From assembly GCA_964016885.1 (NCBI GenBank), contig OZ024745.1, positions 80,910,001 to 80,974,000 of the forward strand: a stretch of DNA of 64,000 bases. The letters run 5' to 3'. This stretch comes from Eledone cirrhosa (Eukaryota). The notes below the pieces were generated by a model, which was given only the letters and a program-made list of their open reading frames with translations, had not been told where the DNA came from and searched no databases. This document shows, piece by piece, positions 38,101-50,155 of this stretch. Made by a program: the position numbers and the translations under genes. Numbering within the stretch: position 1 is the stretch's first letter; each line of letters begins with the position of its first letter.

Positions 38101-41100
38101 CCTTAGACATTGTAAATCAGGCTTTACTTACCTTAGACATTGTAAATCAGGCTTCACGTACCTTAGTCATTGTAAATCAGGCTTTACTTACCTTAGACAT
38201 TGTAAATCAGGCTTTACTTACCTTAGTCATTGTAAATCAGGCTTTACTTACCTTAGTCATTGTAAATCAAGATTTACTTACCTTAGTCATTGTAAATCAA
38301 GCTTTACTTACCTTAGACATTGTAATCAGGCTTTACTTACCTTAGTCATTGTAAATCAAGCTTTACTTACCTTAGACATTGTAAATCAGGCTTTACTTAC
38401 CTTAGTCATTGTAAATCAAGATTTACTTACCTTAGACATTGTAATCAGGCTTTACTTACCTTAGACATTGTAATCAGGCTTTACTTACCTTAGACATTGT
38501 AAATCAGGCTTTACTTACCTTAGACATTGTAAATCAGGCTTTACTTACCTTAGTCATTGTAAATCAGGCTCTACTTACCTTAGTCATTGTAAATCAAGAT
38601 TTACTTACCTTAGACATTGTAATCAGGCTTTACTTACCTTAGACATTGTAATCAGGCTTTACTTACCTTAGACATTGTAAATCAGGCTTTACTTACCTTA
38701 GTCATTGTAAATCAGGCTTTACGTACCTTAGTCATTGTAAATCAGGCTCTACTTACCTTAGTCATTGTAAATCAAGCTTTAGTTACCTTAGTCATTGTAA
38801 ATCAAGCTTTACTTACCTTAGTCATTGTAAGTCAAGCTTTACTTACCTTAGACATTGTAAATCAGGCTTTACTTACCTTAGACATTGTAAATCAAGCTCT
38901 ACTTACCTTAGACATTGTAAATCAAGCTTTACTTACCTTAGTCATTGTAAATCAAGCTTTAGTTACCTTAGTCATTGTAAATCAAGCTTTACTTACCTTA
39001 GACATTGTAAATCAGGCTTTACTTACCTTAGACATTGTAAATCAAGCTCTACTTACCTTAGTCATTGTAAATCAAGCTTTACTTACCTTAGTCATTGTAA
39101 ATCAAGCTCTACTTACCTTAGTCATTGTAAATCAAGCTTTAGTTACCTTAGTCATTGTAAATCAAGCTTTAGTTACCTTAGTCATTGTAATCAGGCTTTA
39201 CTTACCTTAGTCATTGTAAATCAAGCTTTACTTACCTTAGACATTGTAAATCAAGCTCTACTTACCTTAGTCATTGTAAATCAAGCTTTAGTTACCTTAG
39301 TCATTGTAAATCAAGCTTTAGTTACCTTAGTCATTGTAATCAGGCTTTACTTACCTTAGTCATTGTAAATCAAGCTTTACTTACCTTAGTCATTGTAAAT
39401 CAAGCTCTACTTACCTTAGTCATTGTAAATCAAGCTTTAGTTACCTTAGTCATTGTAAATCAAGCTTTAGTTACCTTAGTCATTGTAATCAGGCTCTACT
39501 TACCTTAGTCATTGTAAATCAGGCTTTACTTACCTTAGTCATTGTAAATCAAGCTTTACTTACCTTAGACATTGTAAATCAGGCTTTACTTACCTTAGTC
39601 ATTGTAAATCAAGCTCTACTTACCTTAGTCATTGTAAATCAAGCTTTACTTACCTTAGTCATTGTAAATCAAGCTCTACTTACCTTAGTCATTGTAAATC
39701 AAGCTTTACTTACCTTAGTCATTGTAAATCAGGCTTTACGTACCTTAGTCATTGTAAATCAAGCTCTACTTACCTTAGTCATTGTAAATCAAGCTTTACT
39801 TACCTTAGTCATTGTAAATCAGGCTTTACTTACCTTAGACATTGTAAATCAAGCTTTACTTACCTTAGTCATTGTAAATCAAGCTTTAGTTACCTTAGTC
39901 ATTGTAAATCAAGCTTTACTTACCTTAGTCATTGTAAATCAAGCTCTACTTACCTTAGTCATTGTAAATCAAGCTCTACTTACCTTAGTCATTGTAAATC
40001 AAGCTTTACTTACCTTAGTCATTGTAAATCAAGCTTTAGTTACCTTAGTCATTGTAAATCAGGCTTTACTTACCTTAGACATTGTAAATCAAGCTTTACT
40101 TACCTTAGTCATTGTAAATCAAGCTCTACTTACCTTAGACATTGTAAATCAGGCTTTACTTACCTTAGTCATTGTAAATCAAGCTTTAGTTACCTTAGTC
40201 ATTGTAAATCAAGCTTTACTTACCTTAGTCATTGTAAATCAAGCTCTACTTACCTTAGTCATTGTAAATCAAGCTCTACTTACCTTAGTCATTGTAAATC
40301 AAGCTCTACTTACCTTAGTCATTGTAAATCAGGTTTTACTTACCTTAGTCATTGTAAATCAGGCTTTACTTACCTTAGACATTGTAAATCAGGCTTTACT
40401 TACCTTAGACATTGTAAATCAGGCTTTACTTACCTTAGTCATTGTAAATCAAGCTTTACGTACCTTAGACATTGTAAATCAGGCTTTACTTACCTTAGAC
40501 ATTGTAAATCAAGCTTTACTTACCTTAGTCATTGTAAATCAGGCTTTACTTACTTTAGTCATTGTAAATCAGGCTTTACTTACCTTAGACATTGTAAATC
40601 AAGCTTTACTTACCTTAGTCATTGTAAATCAGGCTTTACTTACCTTAGTCATTGTAAATCAAGCTTTAGTTACCTTAGACATTGTAAATCAGGCTTTACT
40701 TACCTTAGACATTGTAAATCAGGCTTTACTTACCTTAGACATTGTAAATCAAGCTTTACGTACCTTAGTCATTGTAAATCAGGCTTTACTTACCTTAGTC
40801 ATTGTAAATCAAGCTTTACTTACCTTAGTCATTGTAAATCAGGCTTTACTTACCTTAGTCATTGTAAATCAAGCTTTACTTACCTTAGACATTGTAAATC
40901 AAGCTTTACTTACCTTAGTCATTGTAAATCAAGCTTTACTTACCTTAGTCATTGTAAATCAAGCTTTACTTACCTTAGTCATTGTAAATCAAGCTTTACT
41001 TACCTTAGACATTGTAAATCAAGCTTTACGTACCTTAGACATTGTAAATCAGGCTTTACTTACCTTAGTCATTGTAAATCAAGCTTTACTTACCTTAGTC

Positions 41101-44100
41101 ATTGTAAATCAAGCTTTAGTTACCTTAGTCATTGTAAATCAAGCTTTACTTACCTTAGACATTGTAAATCAGGCTCTACTTACCTTAGTCATTGTAAATC
41201 AGGCTTTACTTACCTTAGTCATTGTAAATCAGGCTTTACTTACCTTAGTCATTGTAAATCAAGCTTTACTTACCTTAGTCATTGTAAATCAAGCTTTACT
41301 TACCTTAGTCATTGTAAATCAGGCTTTACTTACCTTAGTCATTGTAAATCAGGCTTTACTTACCTTAGACATTGTAAATCAAGCTTTACTTACCTTAGTC
41401 ATTGTAAATCAGGCTTTACTTACCTTAGTCATTGTAAATCAAGCTTTAGTTACCTTACTCATTGTAAATCAAGCTTTAGTTACCTTAGTCATTGTAAATC
41501 AAGCTTTACTTACCTTAGACATTGTAAATCAAGCTTTACTTACCTTAGTCATTGTAAATCAAGCTTTACTTACCTTAGACATTGTAAATCAAGATTTACT
41601 TACCTTAGTCATTGTAAATCAAGCTTTACTTACCTTAGTCATTGTAAATCAAGCTCTACTTACCTTAGTCATTGTAAATCAAGCTTTACTTACCTTAGTC
41701 ATTGTAAATCAAGCTTTACTTACCTTAGACATTGTAAATCAAGATTTACTTACCTTAGTCATTGTAAATCAAGCTCTACTTACCTTAGTCATTGTAAATC
41801 AAGCTTTAGTTACCTTAGTCATTGTAAATCAAGCTTTAGTTACCTTAGTCATTGTAAATCAAGCTTTAGTTACCTTAGTCATTGTAAATCAAGCTCTACT
41901 TACCTTAGACATTGTAAATCAAGCTTTACTTACCTTAGACATTGTAAATCAAGCTCTACTTACCTTAGTCATTGTAAATCAAGATTTACTTACCTTAGTC
42001 ATTGTAAATCAAGCTCTACTTACCTTAGTCATTGTAAATCAGGCTTTACTTACCTTAGACATTGTAAATCAGGCTTTACTTACCTTAGTCATTGTAAATC
42101 AAGCTCTACTTACCTTAGTCATTGTAAATCAAGATTTACTTACCTTAGTCATTGTAAATCAAGCTTTACTTACCTTAGTCATTGTAAATCAAGATTTACT
42201 TACCTTAGTCATTGTAAATCAAGCTCTACTTACCTTAGTCATTGTAAATCAGGCTTTACTTACCTTAGACATTGTAAATCAGGCTTTACTTACCTTAGTC
42301 ATTGTAAATCAAGCTTTACTTACCTTAGTCATTGTAAATCAGGCTCTACTTACCTTAGTCATTGTAAATCAAGCTTTACTTACCTTAGTCATTGTAAATC
42401 AAGCTTTACTTACCTTAGTCATTGTAAATCAGGCTTTACTTACCTTAGACATTGTAAATCAGGCTTTACTTACCTTAGTCATTGTAAATCAAGCTTTACT
42501 TACCTTAGTCATTGTAAATCAGGCTTTACTTACCTTAGTCATTGTAAATCAAGCTTTACTTACCTTAGTCATTGTAAATCAAGCTTTACTTACCTTAGTC
42601 ATTGTAAATCAGGCTTTACTTACCTTAGTCATTGTAAATCAAGCTTTACTTACCTTAGTCATTGTAAATCAAGCTTTACTTACCTTAGTCATTGTAAATC
42701 AGGCTTTACTTACCTTAGTCATTGTAAATCAGGCTTTACTTACCTTAGTCATTGTAAATCAAGATTTACTTACCTTAGTCATTGTAAATCAAGCTTTACT
42801 TACCTTAGTCATTGTAAATCAGGCTTTACTTACCTTAGTCATTGTAAATCAAGCTCTACTTACCTTAGTCATTGTAAATCAAGCTTTACTTACCTTAGAC
42901 ATTGTAAATCAGGCTTTACTTACCTTAGACATTGTAAATCAGGCTTTACTTACCTTAGACATTGTAAATCAAGCTCTACTTACCTTAGTCATTGTAAATC
43001 AAGCTCTACTTACCTTAGTCATTGTAAATCAAAATTTACTTACCTTAGTCATTGTAAATCAGGCTTTACTTACCTTAGTCATTGTAAATCAAGATTTACT
43101 TACCTTAGACATTGTAAATCAGGCTTTACTTACCTTAGACATTGTAAATCAGGCTTTACTTACCTTAGACATTGTAAATCAAGCTTTACTTACCTTAGTC
43201 ATTGTAAATCAGGCTCTACTTACTTTAGTCATTGTAAATCAGGCTCTACTTACCTTAGACATTGTAAATCAAGCTCTACTTACCTTAGTCATTGTAAATC
43301 AAGCTTTACTTACCTTAGTCATTGTAAATCAAGATTTACTTACCTTAGACATTGTAAATCAAGCTTTACTTACCTTAGACATTGTAAATCAAGCTTTACT
43401 TACCTTAGTCATTGTAAATCAAGCTATACTTACCTTAGACATTGTAAATCAAGCTCTACTTACCTTAGTCATTGTAAATCAAGCTCTACTTACCTTAGTC
43501 ATTGTAAATCAAGCTTTACTTACCTTAGTCATTGTAAATCAGGCTTTACTTACCTTAGTCATTGTAAATCAGGCTTTACTTACCTTAGTTATTGTAAATC
43601 AGGCTTTACTTACCTTAGTCATTGTAAATCAGGCTTTACTTACCTTAGTCATTGTAAATCAGGCTTTACTTACCTTAGACATTGTAAATCAGGCTTTACT
43701 TACCTTAGACATTGTAAATCAGGCTTTACTTACCTTAGACATTGTAAATCAGGCTTTACTTACCTTAGTCATTGTAAATCAGGCTTTACTTACCTTAGAC
43801 ATTGTAAATCAGGCTTTACTTACCTTAGACATTGTAAATCAGGCTTTACTTACCTTAGTCATTGTAAATCAGGCTTTACTTACCTTAGACATTGTAAATC
43901 AGGCTTTACTTACCTTAGACATTGTAAATCAGGCTTTACGTACCTTAGTCATTGTAAATCAGGCTTTACTTACCTTAGACATTGTAAATCAGGCTTTACT
44001 TACCTTAGACATTGTAAATCAGGCTTTACTTACCTTAGTCATTGTAAATCAGGCTTTACTTACCTTAGACATTGTAAATCAGGCTTTACTTACCTTAGAC

Positions 44101-45235
44101 ATTGTAAATCAGGCTTTACTTACCTTAGTCGTTGTAAATCAGGCTTTACGTACCTTAGACATTGTAAATCAAGCTCTACTTACCTTAGTCATTGTAAATC
44201 AAGATTTACTTACCTTAGACATTGTAAATCAGGCTTTACTTACCTTAGACATTGTAAATCAGGCTTTACGTACCTTAGTCATTGTAAATCGGGCTTTACT
44301 TACCTTAGACATTGTAAATCAGGCTTTACTTACCTTAGTCATTGTAAATCAGGCTTTACTTACCTTAGTCATTGTAAATCAAGATTTACTTACCTTAGTC
44401 ATTGTAAATCAGGCTTTACTTACCTTAGTCATTGTAAATCAGGCTTTACTTACCTTAGACATTGTAATCAGGCTTTACTTACCTTAGTCATTGTAAATCA
44501 AGCTTTACTTACCTTAGTCATTGTAAATCAAGATTTACTTACCTTAGACATTGTAAATCAAGCTTTACTTACCTTAGACATTGTAAATCAAGCTTTACTT
44601 ACCTTAGTCATTGTAAATCAAGCTCTACTTACCTTAGACATTGTAAATCAAGCTCTACTTACCTTAGTCATTGTAAATCAAGCTCTACTTACCTTAGTCA
44701 TTGTAAATCAAGCTTTACTTACCTTAGTCATTGTAAATCAGGCTTTACTTACCTTAGTCATTGTAAATCAGGCTTTACTTACCTTAGTTATTGTAAATCA
44801 GGCTTTACTTACCTTAGTCATTGTAAATCAGGCTTTACTTACCTTAGTCATTGTAAATCAGGCTTTACTTACCTTAGACATTGTAAATCAGGCTTTACTT
44901 ACCTTAGTCATTGTAAATCAGGCTTTACTTACCTTAGACATTGTAAATCAGGCTTTACTTACCTTAGACATTGTAAATCAGGCTTTACTTACCTTAGTCA
45001 TTGTAAATCAGGCTTTACTTACCTTAGACATTGTAAATCAGGCTTTACTTACCTTAGACATTGTAAATCAGGCTTTACGTACCTTAGTCATTGTAAATCA
45101 GGCTTTACTTACCTTAGACATTGTAAATCAGGCTTTACTTACCTTAGACATTGTAAATCAGGCTTTACTTACCTTAGTCATTGTAAATCAGGCTTTACTT
45201 ACCTTAGACATTGTAAATCAGGCTTTACTTACCTT
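26175..45235. repeat. 30-bp satellite array, left block (about 635 units), consensus WCATTGTAAATCARGCTTTACTTACCTTAG
   Basis: Continuous tandem array with a small set of recurring variants and occasional 29-bp units. Unit count estimated from length. Confidence 0.98.
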
Positions 45236-45595
45236 CATCATCATCATCATCATCATCAACGTTTAACGTCCGTGTTCCACGCTTGCATGGGTTTGGACGG
45301 GGGTAGTCCCACTTGAGGCAAGAGTGATTGTCTTGCTCGCATAGGACTGTCTGGCAGGTTTTCTACAGTTGGATGCCCTTCCTAACACCAACCACATTTA
45401 CAGTGTGGGTCTGGGAGGTTTTTACCGTGTTGCCTACACGGCCACATTACAGCGTGGACTGTGTGTTTTTTTGTCGTGACACCTACACGATCTCATTTGT
45501 TTCGGCCCGGATGGCGCGGCACCAACATAACTTTACATAGGACGGGGTGGTGTGGATGGGGTGGGGGTGGTGGTGGTGGGACGGGGTGTATTTTG

Positions 45596-48500
45596 TTAGA
45601 GATGCCTACTGGCAAGGCGGGTCTTCTCTGTTACTGAGTACCGCCAAAGGTCTCGGTCCAGTGACATTGTCTTGGAGAGGTGTAAGTGTGTGAGGTCGGA
45701 GTTTATCAGCTCGTCCCAGGTTTTTCTAGGTCTGCCTATTCCGTGGCTACCGTCTATCTTTATTGCCCTGCACTTTGTTATACAGCTATCGACTTTCATG
45801 CGCATCACGTGTCCATACCAACGTAGCCTTCTCTCGAGTAAACAACATCTGATCCCTCTTATCTCTAATTTTTTCCTTAGTTCGTTTATGCTTTGCCGTT
45901 CACGTATATTACTGTTACACATCCAGCGGAGCATGCAAGCTTCGTTCCTCTCTAGTCTGCGTATATCCTCTGCACACAATGCCCAGGTCTCACTGCCATG
46001 CAACATTGCTGTTCGTATGCAGGCATCGTACAACCTGCCTTTCATTTTTAGGGAGAACCCTTTAGCAGCTAATAGTGGTATAAGCTCTCTGAACTTTTTC
46101 CAACCAGTTCTGACTCTAGCTACAGTACTTTCAGAGCACCCTCCCCCACTGCTGATTTTATCGCCCAGGTAACGGAAGCTGTCCACTATTTCTATAGAAC
46201 CCTCTGCGCAATTGAAAGAGCTAGTATTGTGTGGGCACTTGCTGCTACTTATTGCACCAGAACACCGGCCACATGTAAAATCTATGTTCTTAGTTAGCTT
46301 ACCTGTGATCCCACTACATCTTTTATGCACCCATACTTTGCATTTAGGACACAAAATGGAGTTTCTACCTACGCCTTTCCTACACACCGAGCACGACCAT
46401 TTCCCAGAAGGGACCGCCGCCTTGTTTTCTTTCCTACAAACTAGAACTTTGGTCTTAGCCAGGTTAATTTTAAGTCCTTTTGACTCTAGGCCGTGCTTCC
46501 ATGTTTGGAATTTCTTCTCTAGCTCGGCCATTGATTCCGCTATGAGTGTCAGGTCGTCTGCGTATAGGAGTTCCCATGGGCAGCCTGTCTTGAACTCCTC
46601 TGTTATAGCCTGAAGGGCAATAATAAATAGTAGGGGGCTGAGAACAGAGCCCTGATGGACGCCAACTTTTACGCTAAACTCTTCACTATATTCGTTGTTA
46701 ATTCTAACCTTGCTGACTGTTTCTTTATACATGGCTTGTATAGCCCTCACAAGCCATTCGTCAACGCCTAGTTTTCTAAGAGCCCACCAGATAATGGAGC
46801 GGGGGACTCTGTCGAAGGCTTTCTCCAAGTCGACAAAAGCTAAGTAGAGGGGTTTACCTTTAGCTAGGTACTTCTCCTGTAGTTGTCGTACTATGAAAAG
46901 AGCGTCTGTGGTACTTTTGCCTGACACAAACCCGAACTGCATTTCATCTAGGTCAATTCTCTCTCTGATTAGTTGCGCTATTACTTTTTCTGTGACCTTC
47001 ATGACCTGGTCGATTAATTTAATGCCTCTATAGTTACTCCTATCTAGGGCGTCTCCTTTACCCTTATAACAGTTAACGATGATGCTGCTATGCCAGTCCT
47101 TCGGAACAGCCCCATTCTGTACGACTTGGTTAACTATGCGGGTGACCATGGTGTGTCCCACCGTGCCAGATGCCTTCAGCATCTCAGCAACTATTTCCGA
47201 AGGCCCAGCCGCCTTACCTGTCTTCATATCCTTGATTGCCTTACTTATTATACTCCCCTCGACTAACACTGCTGGTCCCTCTATTGGGTCGACATGGGGG
47301 AGACTGTCTTTCTCCCATTTATTCTCCTCATTTAGTAGCCTTTCATAGTGACACTTCCAAGCTGCCTTCTTATCAGTGTCGGTGATGGCAAGTATGCCAT
47401 CATCGTTAAGTACACACTTCTCCCCGACAATATCACGGTTTTCCTTGACGCATTGCCTAGCAATCCTGAACACCTCACGTTTTTGGTCATCGCGTTGTAG
47501 GACATGCTTGAACTTTCTTTCCTCAGCTTCCCTTCTTGCTAAGTACACTTCTCTCCTAGCTTCCCTCCTGGCCACTTGATAGTCTACTCTACTTCCCCCA
47601 TCCCGCCATACTTTCCAAGCCTGCTTTTTGGCCTTAATTGACTCCTCCACCTTACTGTTCCACCACCATGTTACTCTCCTCCTGCCTACAGGCCTGCTCC
47701 AGCCACAGACTTCGTCTGTGGCCAACAGCAGGTTTGCTTTCAGAAATTCCCACTGTCCCTCTATATTGTCCGACTCTAAGTGTTCTTCCTTACTGTCGAA
47801 AGCATCAAGTAATATGTTTTGAAATTTATTTTTGGCTGTGGGGTCCTTTAGCTTCCATATTTTTCTCCTGAGGATAGTCCTCTTCTGCTGTCGAGTACGT
47901 CTCGACCTGACTATGAGGTCGCTAATTATCAGTCTATGTTGGGAGGTGCATTCTTCATGGGGGAGGGATTTAGTGTTTACAACAGACACTCTGTCACGTC
48001 TTCTGGTAAGGATATAATCTACCTGGCTTGTGTGTTCCCCGGATCTATAGGTGATCAGGTGATTGTCACGTTTTTTGAAGTTAGTGTTACAGATAGTTAG
48101 GTTATTTGCATCACAGAATTCCAGGATTCTGGAGCCTTCCTCATTTCTAGTACCAAACCCATAGCCTCCATGGATTTCGTCGTAGCCGTCACAATGTTGC
48201 CCAACGTGACCATTTAGGTCGCCTGCAATAATTATATAGTCACTGTCAGATATTTGGGAGGTAGTGAGCATCAGTGTCTCATAGAATCTGTCTTTTATAG
48301 TGCCGGGCAGTCCGGATTGGGGTGCATACGCAGATATTACTGTCACCGTAGTTCTATTGAGGACAAGTCGTATTTTAATTATTCTGTCGTTCACTCTATT
48401 TACGTCTATTATCTTATCCGCCCACTTTTCTGCTACCATGATTCCTACTCCACCCAGCCCATCGTCGTTTCCCACCCAGAAAAGCTTATAACATCGTTTT

Positions 48501-48874
48501 TTACCCTCAATGAATCTAGCAGACCCACCCCTCCACCTGGTCTCTTGAATACAACAAACATCGACCTCCTTACGTTCAAGCATTTCTACAACCTCGTTAG
48601 CGCGCCCCTTTAGGGTGCCTACATTTATGGTACCAACTCTGAAGTTTTGGATCGCGTTTGGAGGGTGGGGGTGGTGTGGGGCGGGGGGAGATGGGGTTAT
48701 GTTAGCCATCCGCGGGCGAAACAAAGAAGAGTGCTCGCATTCTCGTCCACGAGGTGAATTTGACTTTAGCATTGGCATTTTCGCTCTGAGCGTCCAGATT
48801 TTTCTCTCCCCTCCACTCTCCAGGATTCCGCAGTCCGTCCATCCATCCATCATATATCGAAGGCAACCGTGCAA
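45596..48874 (-). CDS. LINE ORF: APE endonuclease + reverse transcriptase + PHD-like zinc finger (true start uncertain; ATG of MANIT at 48709 is one candidate)
   Basis: 1092 uninterrupted codons with VGTINVGTL, CCIQETRW, GDLNGH, SQVDYIL, SQHRL, FVDLEKAFDRV, GVHQGSVLSP, YADD and CSVC..C..C..WVHKRC...CGRC. Homologous to the decayed copy at 9398-12400. Confidence 0.93.
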   Translation of the reverse strand: MHGCLRYMMDGWTDCGILESGGERKIWTLRAKMPMLKSNSPRGRECEHSSLFRPRMANITPSPPAPHHPHPPNAIQNFRVGTINVGTLKGRANEVVEMLERKEVDVCCIQETRWRGGSARFIEGKKRCYKLFWVGNDDGLGGVGIMVAEKWADKIIDVNRVNDRIIKIRLVLNRTTVTVISAYAPQSGLPGTIKDRFYETLMLTTSQISDSDYIIIAGDLNGHVGQHCDGYDEIHGGYGFGTRNEEGSRILEFCDANNLTICNTNFKKRDNHLITYRSGEHTSQVDYILTRRRDRVSVVNTKSLPHEECTSQHRLIISDLIVRSRRTRQQKRTILRRKIWKLKDPTAKNKFQNILLDAFDSKEEHLESDNIEGQWEFLKANLLLATDEVCGWSRPVGRRRVTWWWNSKVEESIKAKKQAWKVWRDGGSRVDYQVARREARREVYLARREAEERKFKHVLQRDDQKREVFRIARQCVKENRDIVGEKCVLNDDGILAITDTDKKAAWKCHYERLLNEENKWEKDSLPHVDPIEGPAVLVEGSIISKAIKDMKTGKAAGPSEIVAEMLKASGTVGHTMVTRIVNQVVQNGAVPKDWHSSIIVNCYKGKGDALDRSNYRGIKLIDQVMKVTEKVIAQLIRERIDLDEMQFGFVSGKSTTDALFIVRQLQEKYLAKGKPLYLAFVDLEKAFDRVPRSIIWWALRKLGVDEWLVRAIQAMYKETVSKVRINNEYSEEFSVKVGVHQGSVLSPLLFIIALQAITEEFKTGCPWELLYADDLTLIAESMAELEKKFQTWKHGLESKGLKINLAKTKVLVCRKENKAAVPSGKWSCSVCRKGVGRNSILCPKCKVWVHKRCSGITGKLTKNIDFTCGRCSGAISSSKCPHNTSSFNCAEGSIEIVDSFRYLGDKISSGGGCSESTVARVRTGWKKFRELIPLLAAKGFSLKMKGRLYDACIRTAMLHGSETWALCAEDIRRLERNEACMLRWMCNSNIRERQSINELRKKLEIRGIRCCLLERRLRWYGHVMRMKVDSCITKCRAIKIDGSHGIGRPRKTWDELINSDLTHLHLSKTMSLDRDLWRYSVTEKTRLASRHL

Positions 48875-49063
48875 GCGATAGTATAGGCCTCTGGCTTATG
48901 ATTGGTCCGCGTAATAATAATAATGGTGATGCGTGTGGGGGGGGGGGTCTCTGGCTTATAGTAATAATGGTGATGCGTGTGGGGGGGGGTCTCTGGCTTA
49001 TGATTGGTCCACGTATTAAGAATGGTGGTGTGTGGGGGCGGGTGGGAGGGATGTGGGGTAGCT

Positions 49064-50151
49064 AGCTGGAAGGTTATGAATGTTTACCAGCGAGTAACAA
49101 AAAGCAAAACTGCAAGATTTGTTCTGTTCAATACGACAAAAACACCGTATTTAAACCTTAATAAATAACAAAAAATACAGATTTCGGATTTTGCGGGATT
49201 GGATGTTTGTACGAAATTGTGGTGTGTGGAGGAGATAGGAAAAACGTGAACGTTACGATTACATGGTTACACCGTAGTAGGGGTAGTTGAAGCAGCAATT
49301 GTTTGGCGAAAGTGAATAAACATGAACGGGAATTTATCTTATATATATATGTGTGTGTGTGTGTGTGTAGCTAAGAGAGAGAGAGAGAGAGTGGGAAGGG
49401 GGAGAGAGAGAGAGAGAGAGTGGCTGACCGCAACCCCTCGTGAAGAAAATGGTGGGTGAGGGGTGTATGAGCGGGATTTTTGACTTTCGAGGTAGCATGA
49501 TATATATATTTAAAGTAAATTATAAGGAGTAGAATGGAAAGGATTTTGTTGTTTTTTGTTTTTTTGTTTGAGAATACGATAGAATTAGGGAATTGGAGGA
49601 TAAGCTGGAAGGTTATGAATGTTTACCAGCGAGTAACAAAAAGCAAAACTGCAAGATTTGTTCTGTTCAATACGACAAAAACACCGTATTTAAACCTTAA
49701 TAAATAACAAAAAATACAGATTTCGGATTTTGCGGGATTGGATGTTTGTACGAAATTGTGGTGTGTGGAGGAGATAGGAAAAACGTGAACGTTACGATTA
49801 CATGGTTACACCGTAGTAGGGGTAGTTGAAGCAGCAATTGTTTGGCGAAAGTGAATAAACATGAACGGGAATTTATCTTATATATATATGTGTGTGTGTG
49901 TGTGTGTAGCTAAGAGAGAGAGAGAGAGAGTGGGAAGGGGGAGAGAGAGAGAGAGAGAGTGGCTGACCGCAACCCCTCGTGAAGAAAATGGTGGGTGAGG
50001 GGTGTATGAGCGGGATTTTTGACTTTCGAGGTAGCATGATATATATATTTAAAGTAAATTATAAGGAGTAGAATGGAAAGGATTTTGTTGTTTTTTGTTT
50101 TTTTGTTTGAGAATACGATAGAATTAGGGAATTGGAGGATAAGCTGGAAGG
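49064..50151 (-). repeat. Two tandem 539-bp monomers in the LINE 5' region
   Basis: AGCTGGAAGG recurs at 49064, 49603 and 50142. The two units look identical by eye, including their internal microsatellites. Confidence 0.92.
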
Positions 50152-50155
50152 GAAT

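Larger units (their letters stand above)
45236..50154 (-). mobile_element. Full-length, apparently intact RTE-clade LINE inserted in the satellite
   Basis: (GAT)n tail at 45236-45258, a 3'UTR of about 340 bp, an uninterrupted ORF and about 1.3 kb of 5' region. The satellite resumes at 50155/50156. Confidence 0.95.

Noticed and set aside
45672-48881. Multiple plus-strand ORFs of 60-166 aa
   Set aside because: Antisense shadows of the intact LINE ORF with no recognisable motifs.
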